Origin: an uncultured Woeseiaceae bacterium
GTDB lineage: Bacteria; Pseudomonadota; Gammaproteobacteria; Steroidobacterales; Woeseiaceae
NCBI GenBank assembly: GCA_964628105.1
Contig: CAZVLT010000001.1
Span: 6,073 to 70,072 of the forward strand
Direction of reading: 5' to 3'
Length of the DNA: 64,000 nucleotides
The notes beneath the pieces are model-generated. The model had not been told where the DNA came from. It saw nothing but the letters and a program-made list of their open reading frames with translations, and ran no database searches. A program made the position numbers and the translations under genes. Of the stretch, positions 1-8,995 are shown piece by piece (within the stretch, counting starts at the first letter, position 1; every line of letters begins with the position of its first letter).

Positions 1-1326
1 GCCGAGACCGATCGTGCAATACAAACAGCGCAGCGCGCAGCAGCTAACATCGATGCTGTCGCGCTTACCTACTCTGTCGCCGGAACCGGCAACAGGTTGG
101 ACGCGAATCCGGTCGACGCGGGTGACAACAGTGGAACATTGAGCATTACACTTGCCGACAATTCCGGCCGTGCCGCGGAAAACCAGGCAATGAATGCAAT
201 GCGTGCGGAGTTGCAGCGCTTGCCAGGCGTGCAATACGAATTCAGCCGCCCTGCATTGCTGTCATTCGCAAGTCCTCTACAAATCGAAATTTCGGGTCAC
301 AACCTGGAAGACCTGTCGAGCGTCAGCCAGTCGATTGTGCAGGCGATGTCCGCCTCCGACCGATTCACTGACATCAAGACCACCATAGAAAGAGGCAACC
401 CGGAAATTCAGATCGTGTTCGACCAGGAACGAGCTGCCAAATTAGGACTTGCAGTCAGGGACATTGCCAATAGAGTCGTTGCCAACGTACGCGGTGAACT
501 CGCGACGCGCTACACGTGGAGAGACAAGAAGATCGACGTGCTGGTGCGAAGCGTTGATACGCGACAGTCCAGTATTGAGGAAATCCGAAGTCTGATCGTC
601 AACCCGACATCGGAGCGTCCTGTAACGCTCGATGCGGTCGCCGACGTAAATGTGTCGAGTGGACCGTCCGAGATCCGCCGGGTTGCTCAGGAGCGCGTCG
701 CCTTGATATCGGCAAACATTGCCTACGGCGACCTTGGTACGGCGGCGGCCGAGGCAGGCAATCTTGTAAGTGGCGTCGTGATGCCGAACGGAATATCGGC
801 CATAGTGTCTGGACAGAGTGAGGAAATGCAGCAGTCTTTCGAGTCCATGCAATTCGCACTTGCTCTTGCAGTTTTTCTGGTTTATCTCGTAATGGCTTCG
901 CAGTTCGAGTCCTTGATCCACCCGTTCGTCATCTTGTTTACGATTCCACTCGCGTTGATTGGTGCGGTACTTGCGTTGTTTGTGACGGGCACGACACTCA
1001 ATATTGTCGCGTTTATCGGCGTCATCATGTTAGCGGGTATCGTCGTCAATAACGCGATCGTGCTGGTCGACCTGATCAATCAACTGAAAGCCGAAGGAAA
1101 GCAACGCATTGATGCGATCATGGAGGCAGGAACTGCCCGGCTAAGGCCTATCTTGATGACCTCGCTGACAACGGCGCTCGGGCTGCTACCGATGGCGCTC
1201 GGCTTCGGTGAGGGTTCGGAAGTACGTACGCCGATGGCAATTACCGTCATTGGTGGGCTGACGGTATCGACATTCCTGACGCTACTTGTTATTCCCGTCG
1301 TTTACTCGTTAATGGACAGAAAATGA
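1..1326 (+). CDS. RND (AcrB/MdtB-type) efflux permease, C-terminal part; the 5' end lies outside the window
   Basis: Frame 1 is open from nt 1, upstream of the listed 97..1326 ORF. The translation shows an RND porter subdomain followed by a hydrophobic TM block (FESLIHPFVILFTIPLALIGA, VNNAIVLVD, RLRPILMTSLTTALGLLP). Confidence 0.85.
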   Translation, partial: AETDRAIQTAQRAAANIDAVALTYSVAGTGNRLDANPVDAGDNSGTLSITLADNSGRAAENQAMNAMRAELQRLPGVQYEFSRPALLSFASPLQIEISGHNLEDLSSVSQSIVQAMSASDRFTDIKTTIERGNPEIQIVFDQERAAKLGLAVRDIANRVVANVRGELATRYTWRDKKIDVLVRSVDTRQSSIEEIRSLIVNPTSERPVTLDAVADVNVSSGPSEIRRVAQERVALISANIAYGDLGTAAAEAGNLVSGVVMPNGISAIVSGQSEEMQQSFESMQFALALAVFLVYLVMASQFESLIHPFVILFTIPLALIGAVLALFVTGTTLNIVAFIGVIMLAGIVVNNAIVLVDLINQLKAEGKQRIDAIMEAGTARLRPILMTSLTTALGLLPMALGFGEGSEVRTPMAITVIGGLTVSTFLTLLVIPVVYSLMDRK

Positions 1327-4300
1327 GGCATACAGAAATCGCAATGCACCGGCCGGTAACGACAATAGTCGTTTTCGTCGCGTTATCGCTGATCGGACTG
1401 CTGGCATCGCGGCTGTTGCCGCTGGAGAAGTTTCCTGATATCGAGTTTCCCGGCATTTTTATACAGATTCCTTACGGCGGATCGACGCCTGAGGAAGTCG
1501 AGCGGCTGATAACGCGACCGGTCGAGGAGGCGTTGGCAACGCTATCCGGCGTTGAGCGCATGTTCTCGAGCTCCGATGAAGACCAGGCACAGATTTTTCT
1601 GCAGTTTGGCTGGGATCAGAGCATGGGCACAAAGGGAATTGAGGCCAGGGCGAAGGTAGACGGAATTCGACATCTGTTGCCGGATGATGTGCGCCGAATT
1701 CTGATCTTCACCGGGTCGCTTGGTGACCAGCCGGTTCTGCAACTGCGAATTTCGTCGGATCGAGATTTGTCGGACAGTTACGACATGTTGGATCGGCTCC
1801 TGAAGAGGCCATTGGAGCGCATTGAGGGTGTGTCTCGTGTCGAATTGCACGGCGTTGACCCACGTGAAATTCGGATACTTCTCAGCCCTGACCGGCTGGC
1901 CGCCCACGGAGTCGACATCGCATCCGTGCTTGATCTTCTGTCACGCAGTAATTTTGCCGTTAACGCTGGCCGAATTACGGCAGGTAACCAGCGATTCAGT
2001 GTTCGGCCCAGCGGTGAATTCAACTCTGTAGACGACATTCGTAATTTATCGCTCAACGATGAAGGATTGCGACTGTACGATGTAGCGGACATCGAACTAC
2101 GCACACCTGATCGCAATTACGGACGACACCTCGATCGTGACTATGCGATCGGCGTAGCGATAAACAAATCGACCGGCTCAAACCTCGTCGACGTCACCGA
2201 CAGGGTAATGGCCGCTGTAGAGAAAATCAGCAAGCTCCCCCAAATGCGTGGCGTCAACATTTTTGCGCTGGATAATCAGGGTGATGCCGTACGCGGATCG
2301 CTTTCTGATTTGCTTAGGGCGGGGGGTCTGGGTGGACTGCTCGCGCTTATCGTGCTGTACCTGTTTCTGCGCCAGGTGACGACGACTTTGATTGTTGTCG
2401 CGTCCGTGCCCTTCTCGATCATGATCACGTTGGGCGCCCTTTACTTCGCCGGACTTTCGTTAAACATACTGTCCATGATGGGGCTGATGCTTGCTGTCGG
2501 CATGCTGGTGGACAATGCGGTAGTCATAACAGAGAGCATATTCCGGCATCGATCTGATAATCCGGACAAGCCGTTCGAAGCGACCATGCATGGCGTGAAA
2601 GAAGTTGGACTTGCGGTAACTGCCGGCACTGCGACGACGATTATCGTTTTTGCTCCAATCATCTTCGGCGCTGAAACAGACATGACGATTTTCCTCACGC
2701 ACGTGGCAGTTACCATCATTGTCGCGCTGGTAGCGTCACTCGCAATCGCACAGACACTGGTTCCAATGCTCGCCGCTCGCATTGCGGTGCCACCACGACC
2801 GAAGTCCGGTGCGTGGATTACGAGACTCACGATTCGCTACGCCCGCAGTCTTGAGTGGATACTCGGACACCGCTGGTGGACAGCACTTGGCATTGGTCTG
2901 GTCTGTGTGATCGGGGTACTGCCGATGGCGCTGGAACTCGTGAAGTTCGACATGTTTCCGCAAGATGTAGGTCGCCGATTATTCATGCCTTATCACATCG
3001 AGGGGCAACACCCCCTGAAGCGCATCGAGGATACCGTCGACGAAATCGAGGAATACCTCTATTCGAACCAGGAGGAATTCAACATTCGCTCGGTATACAG
3101 CTACTACGACCAGGGTCGCGCCGAGTCGACGATCCTGCTAACGAATGAGGATGACGCAACGTTATCGACGAAGGAAATCATTCAATTAATCGAAAAAGAC
3201 CTGCCAGTGATTGCACTCGGCAAGCCGAGTTTCAAGTTTGATCAGCAAGGTGGCGGCGACGGATTCACGGTCCAGATTAGCGGTGACTCGACCGAAATAT
3301 TGAACCAACTCGGCGTAGAGGTCGCCCGTGCGCTGGCTACGGTTGAGGGTCTCAAGGACGTGCTCAGCGACGCGGAGTCCGGCGACAAGGAAGTACGCAT
3401 CCGTATCGATCGAACCCGCGCGGCGATCGTCGGTCTGTCAACAGCGGACATCGCTCAATCAATTAGCATCGCGATGCGCGGCGTAAACCTGCGTGAGTTT
3501 CGTAACGAATCGGGTGAGGTCGCGGTTCGGCTGGCGTTCCGGGATGACGACAAACAGAGCATAGAACAACTCGCCAATCTACCCCTTTACACACCCGAGG
3601 GACGGCGAATTACGCTCGGCAGCGTCGCATCAATGAACATAGGCAGGGCGCCCGACACTATTCGCAGGACGGATCGACAGACGGCAGTAATTCTGTCGGC
3701 AAACCTCGAGGAGGATGTCAGTGCCGACGATGTTCGACCGCGCGTAAACAGTCTTATGGAACAGATCGAACTGCCGCCCGGCTACAGCTGGAAAGAGGGC
3801 CGCGGATTTGAGCGTAATGACGAAACGGCCGATATGATGGCGACGAATATCCTGCTTGGCATTGCGTGTATCTTTCTGGTCATGGCCGCATTGTTTGAGT
3901 CGATGTTGCTGCCGTTCTCTATCATTCTCGGCTCAATCGTTTTTTCAATTTTCGGTGTGTTCCTGTTTTTTGCTGCAACCGGAACGACGTTCTCGTTTAT
4001 GGCGATGATCGGCATCATGATCCTGATTGGTGTGGTTGTGAACAACGGCATCGTGCTCGTGGACCACGTCAATAATCTGCGCCAGGAAGGCGTTGAGCGA
4101 GACAAGGCGGTAGTGATCGCTGGTCGTGACCGGCTTCGCCCGATCCTGATGACGGTCGCAACGACGATCGTGGGACTGGCACCCTTGGCTATGAGTACGA
4201 CGCAGGTCGGTGGTGATGGACCGCCGTATTTCCCGATGGCCCGAGCGATAATCGGTGGACTGGCGTTCTCAACCGTAGTGTCTTTGCTGGTAGTGCCAGC

Positions 4301-4382
4301 GCTATACTGCTATTTCGACAGTCTTGCCGCGTGGGGCAGGAAAGTCATGCGCACTGCTCGCGGTGCACGTGCAACAGCTTAA
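1323..4382 (+). CDS. RND efflux permease, full length (1019 aa), second tandem RND gene
   Basis: 12-TM RND architecture with two large periplasmic loops. Conserved VDNAVVITE and VNNGIVLVDH motifs. The ATGA start/stop overlap with the upstream RND gene (1323-1326) implies translational coupling. Confidence 0.9.
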   Translation: MRHTEIAMHRPVTTIVVFVALSLIGLLASRLLPLEKFPDIEFPGIFIQIPYGGSTPEEVERLITRPVEEALATLSGVERMFSSSDEDQAQIFLQFGWDQSMGTKGIEARAKVDGIRHLLPDDVRRILIFTGSLGDQPVLQLRISSDRDLSDSYDMLDRLLKRPLERIEGVSRVELHGVDPREIRILLSPDRLAAHGVDIASVLDLLSRSNFAVNAGRITAGNQRFSVRPSGEFNSVDDIRNLSLNDEGLRLYDVADIELRTPDRNYGRHLDRDYAIGVAINKSTGSNLVDVTDRVMAAVEKISKLPQMRGVNIFALDNQGDAVRGSLSDLLRAGGLGGLLALIVLYLFLRQVTTTLIVVASVPFSIMITLGALYFAGLSLNILSMMGLMLAVGMLVDNAVVITESIFRHRSDNPDKPFEATMHGVKEVGLAVTAGTATTIIVFAPIIFGAETDMTIFLTHVAVTIIVALVASLAIAQTLVPMLAARIAVPPRPKSGAWITRLTIRYARSLEWILGHRWWTALGIGLVCVIGVLPMALELVKFDMFPQDVGRRLFMPYHIEGQHPLKRIEDTVDEIEEYLYSNQEEFNIRSVYSYYDQGRAESTILLTNEDDATLSTKEIIQLIEKDLPVIALGKPSFKFDQQGGGDGFTVQISGDSTEILNQLGVEVARALATVEGLKDVLSDAESGDKEVRIRIDRTRAAIVGLSTADIAQSISIAMRGVNLREFRNESGEVAVRLAFRDDDKQSIEQLANLPLYTPEGRRITLGSVASMNIGRAPDTIRRTDRQTAVILSANLEEDVSADDVRPRVNSLMEQIELPPGYSWKEGRGFERNDETADMMATNILLGIACIFLVMAALFESMLLPFSIILGSIVFSIFGVFLFFAATGTTFSFMAMIGIMILIGVVVNNGIVLVDHVNNLRQEGVERDKAVVIAGRDRLRPILMTVATTIVGLAPLAMSTTQVGGDGPPYFPMARAIIGGLAFSTVVSLLVVPALYCYFDSLAAWGRKVMRTARGARATA

Positions 4383-5164
4383 GCCGCGCCACGCGCTCGA
4401 CGATGCTTCGTGACCGCGCAAGCTGACATCAATGCCAGGAGCAATAGCCAGCCCGGCGAACCACCTCCGCCGTGATTCACGATGACGTGTGTTTCGATGG
4501 GAGCATCCCGGTTCGAATCCTCGAGAGGTAACAGCGATAGTTCAGACGACCCTTCGGGCCCGATATCCGCAATAAATGTACCGTCATAGGCGTCGAACAA
4601 TTCGATAAGTATGTCGTAATTGCCTGTCTCGTAGCCCGATATAAGCTCGGTTTCTATCACGTACGCATCGCCACCCGACGCCCCGAACAGCGTGAAATCC
4701 TCTGTCGCCGCATATTCATTCCAGGGCCCATACTCGTAGCTAAGATATATGACGGCGTAAACATCGGCCGCGGCATATATCGTGTCAGCATCAAACCACA
4801 GATCGATGCCGTAGAAATAGCCGTCGTGATCGAAATCGGAGAACAGTTCGACGTCTACATCGTAGAACCAGAAATCTGTATTCGGGGTCTGCGTTGTCGA
4901 ACCCTGCGATGCGCCTGTCAGCTTTTGCTGAACCGTCGTCCGTACCGGTTTTTGCCTGGCACCCACCGTAACCAGTGGCTCGTATTCGTCATGGGATATC
5001 GTTCCGTCGCCAACGCCGCCGCGCTGAATGCTTTTCCCCTGTGACGTTGTGCTTAGTCGCGTCTCGGCTTCGAACTCAGCGCGACTTACCGCCGCACCAG
5101 CCAACAAGAGCACGACTAATAGCAGCTGCCAGTGCGACTCGATACTACGTACTTGGTCCCTCAT
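4379..5164 (-). CDS. Secreted acidic/aromatic-rich protein with a GlyGly-CTERM-like C-terminal sorting tail
   Basis: The ORF extends to 5260, but ATG 5164 has GAGGA 7 nt upstream and gives a signal peptide (MRDQVRSIESHWQLLLVVLLLAGAAVSRA). The C-terminus GGGGSPGWLLLLALMSACAVTKHRRARGAA is Gly-rich motif + TM helix + basic cluster. Confidence 0.7.
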   Translation of the reverse strand: MRDQVRSIESHWQLLLVVLLLAGAAVSRAEFEAETRLSTTSQGKSIQRGGVGDGTISHDEYEPLVTVGARQKPVRTTVQQKLTGASQGSTTQTPNTDFWFYDVDVELFSDFDHDGYFYGIDLWFDADTIYAAADVYAVIYLSYEYGPWNEYAATEDFTLFGASGGDAYVIETELISGYETGNYDILIELFDAYDGTFIADIGPEGSSELSLLPLEDSNRDAPIETHVIVNHGGGGSPGWLLLLALMSACAVTKHRRARGAA

Positions 5165-5331
5165 ATCCTTGTCCTCGTCCGTCGTTACAGCCCCATTAAA
5201 ACCGAGCGACGCTGAATCAATCCTGAACCTGTAGGTTCGATCGAAAAGTCGTGCGATCATGTTCAGCTATGGTTCAGATACGTCGCGTTCAGCGAACCTG
5301 GGATCTCGACTGAAACGTAAATTGCGCGCAC

Positions 5332-5357
5332 AAAAAAGGCGGGCCATGCCCGCCTTT
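5332..5357 (-). terminator. Rho-independent terminator downstream of the TerB-like gene
   Basis: GGCGGGC (5338-5344) / GCCCGCC (5348-5354) stem with a 3-nt loop. On the minus strand it is followed by a TTTTTT tract (5332-5337). Confidence 0.8.
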
Positions 5358-5377
5358 CCTGTTCCTTACATAAGGCG

Positions 5378-5824
5378 TCAGTCGACGTCGCCCGGTACGA
5401 GGCCGGCAATCTGCGATGGCGAAACCTGAAGCGCAGTCGCTACTCGATCGAAGAAATCGATCTCAAGTACGCTCACGTTCTTGTCGCTGCGAAATACGTC
5501 TGCCAGCGCCTGAATAGTGTCAGAACGATTAGCGTCAGTCATTTTCTTGCGAACACTTCCTAGGTACTTTCGAAGCGTTGCCTCAGCATAGAGTTCCGCG
5601 CGCGCGGCGACACGAATATCGGCGGAGCTAAAATCTTCGCCGGTATGACTCTTGAGGATTTCCTGGATCCTCTCGACCTCAACCGTCTGAATGTTGATAT
5701 CGGCGTTGGCCGCTCTCGCAAGCGTCATCAACAGTACTTCTTTGAACAGCTCGTTCTGCTGATCATCGGTGACGTCGGAGCCTCCAAATATCTGGAGCAC
5801 GTTTTTGAGATCTGCGATTGCCAT
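5378..5824 (-). CDS. TerB-family (tellurite-resistance TerB-like) protein
   Basis: 148 aa, all-helical acidic protein with a TerB-like repeat organisation (LLMTLARAANADINIQTVEVERIQEIL ... ALADVFRSDKNVSVLEIDFFDRVATAL). Has its own terminator. Confidence 0.55.
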   Translation of the reverse strand: MAIADLKNVLQIFGGSDVTDDQQNELFKEVLLMTLARAANADINIQTVEVERIQEILKSHTGEDFSSADIRVAARAELYAEATLRKYLGSVRKKMTDANRSDTIQALADVFRSDKNVSVLEIDFFDRVATALQVSPSQIAGLVPGDVD

Positions 5825-6060
5825 TTATGTTCTCACTTAAGATTATTCTGTTTATGGGTTGCGCTTCCCGCAACGCAGGCAAGTAACGAAGTATACACAG
5901 CATTGGAGCCGAGAATCATCAATTGCGGAGGGCGAGCTGGCAATGATAACCCACAAATCAGGGTCTGTTGAAGGGCTTTTCGAAATTGATATTTTTGCTT
6001 GGAATTTCGGCGCTTACGAGACATACTGACTGTGTGCAAACAAATAAAAGGAGGTGATCC

Positions 6061-6141
6061 ATGTCTCGTGAGATAACAAAGGTATCTGGACAACCCACGG
6101 GTCTGAAGCGAAACATGGAGCACCGATTTAAGCTTCGCTAG
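6061..6141 (+). CDS. Orphan 26-codon ORF (MSREITKVSGQPTGLKRNMEHRFKLR) behind an exceptionally strong SD; could instead be part of a small RNA
   Basis: AAGGAGGTGATC (6048-6059) is a 12-nt exact complement of the canonical 16S 3' tail and ends just before ATG 6061. A hairpin terminator lies 30 nt after the stop. Too short for the ORF track. Confidence 0.45.
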   Translation: MSREITKVSGQPTGLKRNMEHRFKLR

Positions 6142-6170
6142 CTCTCCTTTTCAGATACAAAGTCTCACGG

Positions 6171-6200
6171 AAAGCCGCAGTGATGCGGCTTTCTTTGTTT
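6171..6200. terminator. Hairpin terminator, probably bidirectional (small plus-strand ORF and the minus-strand class V aminotransferase gene)
   Basis: AAAGCCGCA (6171-6179), loop GTGA, TGCGGCTTT (6184-6192). It is followed by CTTTGTTT on the plus strand and by TTTCCGTG on the minus strand. Confidence 0.7.
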
Positions 6201-7471
6201 CAGGAAGCGAGTATCGGCCCGAGTGCCGCCAGCAACTCATCGATCTCAGCAACGCTGTTGTAATGCACAGGACCTACGCGAACGGCGCCGCCATTCTCGA
6301 AAATGCCCAGCGATTTCGCCACTTCGACAGCGTAGTTATGACCACTCCAGACAAAGATGTTCTTGCCAGCTAGCGCTTCGGCAATGGCGGCCGGCGCGAC
6401 CTTATCGTGCGTAAACGAAACGGTTGGTACACGACGATGCAGCGCATCAGCGGCCGATATCCCTTGCACGGTCACGCCGTCGATTGCCTGAAGCCCTTCA
6501 ATCAATCGACTCGAGAGAGATTTCTCATAGTCGAAAAGCAAATCCATGGCCGCGTGAACATGCTGTCGCCTGCCGGAGAAATGCGACCAACTCTCCGCCT
6601 GCTCATGCGCCATCGATTCACCGAGCGTGGCGAAATAGTCAACAACCGCGGCGGTGCCAGCGAAACCCTCATGACTCTGAGTTCCGGTTTCGAAACATCG
6701 CGGTAACTGCTCTGGCGCCGGCCGTACCTTGTAAGGCTCCAGCTGCTCCAGCACCTCTCGTCGACCAAAAATAATCCCCTGATGTGGGCCGAAGAATTTA
6801 TAGGCCGAACATACCAGGAAATCACAGCCAATCTGCTGCACGTCGGTTGCAACATGAGGTGCGGATTGCACAGCATCTATGAACGTCATCGCACCTGCCG
6901 CGCGCGCTTTCGCACAGATAGCCATCACGTCGTTAATTGTTCCCGTCAGATTGCTGGCCCCGCCGGCGCACACCAGCCGTGTGCGATCTGTCAGTAAATT
7001 GTCGAAGTCGTCCAGGTCGAACTCGAATGAATCCGTGTTGAACGGTAGCCAGCGAATCTTGAGCTCGAGATCGCGAGCAAGCAAAACCCAGGGCCAAACG
7101 TTCGCGTCGTGATCCATTTGAGTCAGTATGATTTCGTCGCCAGTACGCAACAGTCGACCGATCGAGCGTGATAGATGCAGCGTTATGGTCGTCATGTTCT
7201 GACCGAAAATTATCTCGTCGGCCGATGGTGCGTTGAGAAAGTCTGCCATCGCCTCACGAGCCGTCTCTACGACCCCCTCAGCGTCTGCCGATGATGCGAA
7301 GTAACCACCAAGATTGGCATTGCTATGAAGCAGGCAGTCCGACATCGCGTCCGCAACACAGACCGGCACCTGCGTACCTGCCGGGTTGTCGAAGTAAATT
7401 CGCCGCGTACCGCTATCGGTGATCGCCAGCGCTGGAAACTGCGACCGAATTTCGCCCAGGTCAAAATTCAT
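6200..7471 (-). CDS. Cysteine desulfurase-like class V (PLP) aminotransferase
   Basis: 423 aa. PLP-lysine context SAYKFFGPHQG and an HDANVWPW-type motif. Overall SufS/CsdA-like fold-type I pattern. Confidence 0.8.
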   Translation of the reverse strand: MNFDLGEIRSQFPALAITDSGTRRIYFDNPAGTQVPVCVADAMSDCLLHSNANLGGYFASSADAEGVVETAREAMADFLNAPSADEIIFGQNMTTITLHLSRSIGRLLRTGDEIILTQMDHDANVWPWVLLARDLELKIRWLPFNTDSFEFDLDDFDNLLTDRTRLVCAGGASNLTGTINDVMAICAKARAAGAMTFIDAVQSAPHVATDVQQIGCDFLVCSAYKFFGPHQGIIFGRREVLEQLEPYKVRPAPEQLPRCFETGTQSHEGFAGTAAVVDYFATLGESMAHEQAESWSHFSGRRQHVHAAMDLLFDYEKSLSSRLIEGLQAIDGVTVQGISAADALHRRVPTVSFTHDKVAPAAIAEALAGKNIFVWSGHNYAVEVAKSLGIFENGGAVRVGPVHYNSVAEIDELLAALGPILAS

Positions 7472-7474
7472 GGA

Positions 7475-7711
7475 TTATTCCTGGGCTTTGCCGCCCCATT
7501 TTTCGCGATGCGCGTCTTCCGCACGCTGCCTGACTTTCGCGTGTCTGTGCGTCAGCAACAAGGAATTTGGATCGCAGACTTCGGGTATGATTATGCCCAG
7601 GTCGCTGGCCGCGTCAAAAAGACTCGGATACCAGCGTTCCCAATCGGGCAGCAGGGATTCGACTTGGTCGCGAAGAGTCATGGCCGCAATGTAACCGAGC
7701 GCCCTCGCCAA
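7475..7711 (-). CDS. Hypothetical small protein (78 aa); start uncertain (TTG 7711 or ATG 7681)
   Basis: Fills the gap between the anti-sigma gene and the aminotransferase gene on the same strand. Its stop is 3 nt from the next start. No recognisable motif and no convincing SD. Confidence 0.4.
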   Translation of the reverse strand: MARALGYIAAMTLRDQVESLLPDWERWYPSLFDAASDLGIIIPEVCDPNSLLLTHRHAKVRQRAEDAHREKWGGKAQE

Positions 7712-7735
7712 AACAACGGTAATTATTCCTGAGAA

Positions 7736-8074
7736 TTACTCCTCGAGCGCGCGCATTCCCAGCAGGATGGCAGCCAATAACATTGCGCCAAGAACAATGG
7801 TCTGTGCTTGCGGAATCAAACTCGTTGTCGTGCTGAGCAGGTCCTGCGGGATCAGTGTTACCAGGCCCGAAAGCGATTTCACCAGCCCGGTAAGCGGCTT
7901 GACGGCGACTGAGGCACCGATAGCGCCCCCCACAGGCAATGTCAGGCGCCTGAGCCACAAACGACGATTCAACCTTCTGACAACGTTGACACTGAATCCG
8001 TCATCAGCCACAGGCGCAGACTCAAACATCGACTCAAGCAGTCGGTCCTCCGCGTCTTTGATTCTCTCAGCCAT
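7736..8074 (-). CDS. Putative membrane anti-sigma factor
   Basis: Immediately downstream of, and overlapping by 8 nt, the ECF sigma gene. Short cytoplasmic N-terminus (MAERIKDAEDRLLESMF) followed by TM segments. The ORF extends to 8122, but ATG 8074 fits the coupling. Confidence 0.55.
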   Translation of the reverse strand: MAERIKDAEDRLLESMFESAPVADDGFSVNVVRRLNRRLWLRRLTLPVGGAIGASVAVKPLTGLVKSLSGLVTLIPQDLLSTTTSLIPQAQTIVLGAMLLAAILLGMRALEE

Positions 8075-8618
8075 GTTGATGATCTTTGATATCAAAACTT
8101 GTCCTGATCTTCTCTTTACCACGAAAAATGACAGATTTCACTGTCCCAACAGGCATTTCCGTCGCATCACTGATCTCCCGGTGCGACAGACCGCATGCAT
8201 ACGACATAACCATGATTGCCCGCTCCTCTTCCGACAATACCGCAAGAAACTTGTCCAGATCCGTCACTTCGTCACTCTGCATTGTGTGACTGCGCGACTC
8301 CATATCGGCGGCGTGGCCAGCTTCCTGCAATATTTCCGCGTAGCGTTTCGACTTTCGCTTCGATTGCAAGAATGTCGTATAAGCGACCTTCAACAACCAG
8401 CCGATGAACGTGCCGCGACCTGAAAATGTCTGCAACTTGTCCCAGGCATGCATAAAACAGTCCTGGGCGAGGTCATCGGCGAGCGTCACATCACCTGCCA
8501 GCTTGCGCAGGAAATTGCGTACCTGCGACTGGTGGCGGCGCACCAATTCACCGAAAGCAGCGGTGTCCTGAGCGGACACCACCCTCGCGACGAGTTCGTG
8601 GTCTTCACCTTTAGACAC
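8067..8618 (-). CDS. ECF-type RNA polymerase sigma-70 family factor
   Basis: 183 aa. Region 2 (FGELVRRHQSQVRNFLRKL ... DLAQDCFMHAW) and region 4 HTH (YACGLSHREISDATEMPVGTVKSVIFRGKEKI). Confidence 0.9.
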   Translation of the reverse strand: MSKGEDHELVARVVSAQDTAAFGELVRRHQSQVRNFLRKLAGDVTLADDLAQDCFMHAWDKLQTFSGRGTFIGWLLKVAYTTFLQSKRKSKRYAEILQEAGHAADMESRSHTMQSDEVTDLDKFLAVLSEEERAIMVMSYACGLSHREISDATEMPVGTVKSVIFRGKEKIRTSFDIKDHQHG

Positions 8619-8635
8619 CGACGCGGTTCCGGCAA

Positions 8636-8995
8636 CTAATCGCGATCGGTAAACTTGTGCAGAATCAAATAAGCGACTCCGAGCGCGAATGGAAACGCGG
8701 CAATTCCTGCAAAGATCCGCGCGACATCGTCTTCATCCGGTATGCCAAAGCCAAAGGCGATTAGTGCGACGGCTAGCGCCATCCAGATTATGCCGTATCG
8801 CAAATCCCTGTCTTTGCTTGCCTTGGGATGACCCAGGCGATCGATTATTTCCGGTGTCAGCTCCTGACCTTTGTCCAGAGCCGCGCGAAACGTTTGCTGC
8901 ATTTCAACGCGCGATTTGTAGCGAAACCAAAACAGCGCAATAAATACGACAGTCATGCCGAGAAACATCGTAATCGGTATTAATTCTTCAGACAC
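8636..8995 (-). CDS. Small 3-4 TM membrane protein (DUF6249-like), first gene of the ECF sigma operon
   Basis: 119 aa. TM, then an amphipathic linker (RYKSRVEMQQTFRAALDKGQELTPEII), then two further TM segments. The family name is from memory of the pattern. Confidence 0.5.
   Translation of the reverse strand: MSEELIPITMFLGMTVVFIALFWFRYKSRVEMQQTFRAALDKGQELTPEIIDRLGHPKASKDRDLRYGIIWMALAVALIAFGFGIPDEDDVARIFAGIAAFPFALGVAYLILHKFTDRD

Noticed and set aside
4505-4525. tRNA-like T-loop string GGTTCGAATCC
   Set aside because: The flanking bases do not form a 5-bp T-stem (CCCGG versus CCTCG). No acceptor or anticodon arms are evident, and the string lies inside a well-supported CDS, so it is a chance match.
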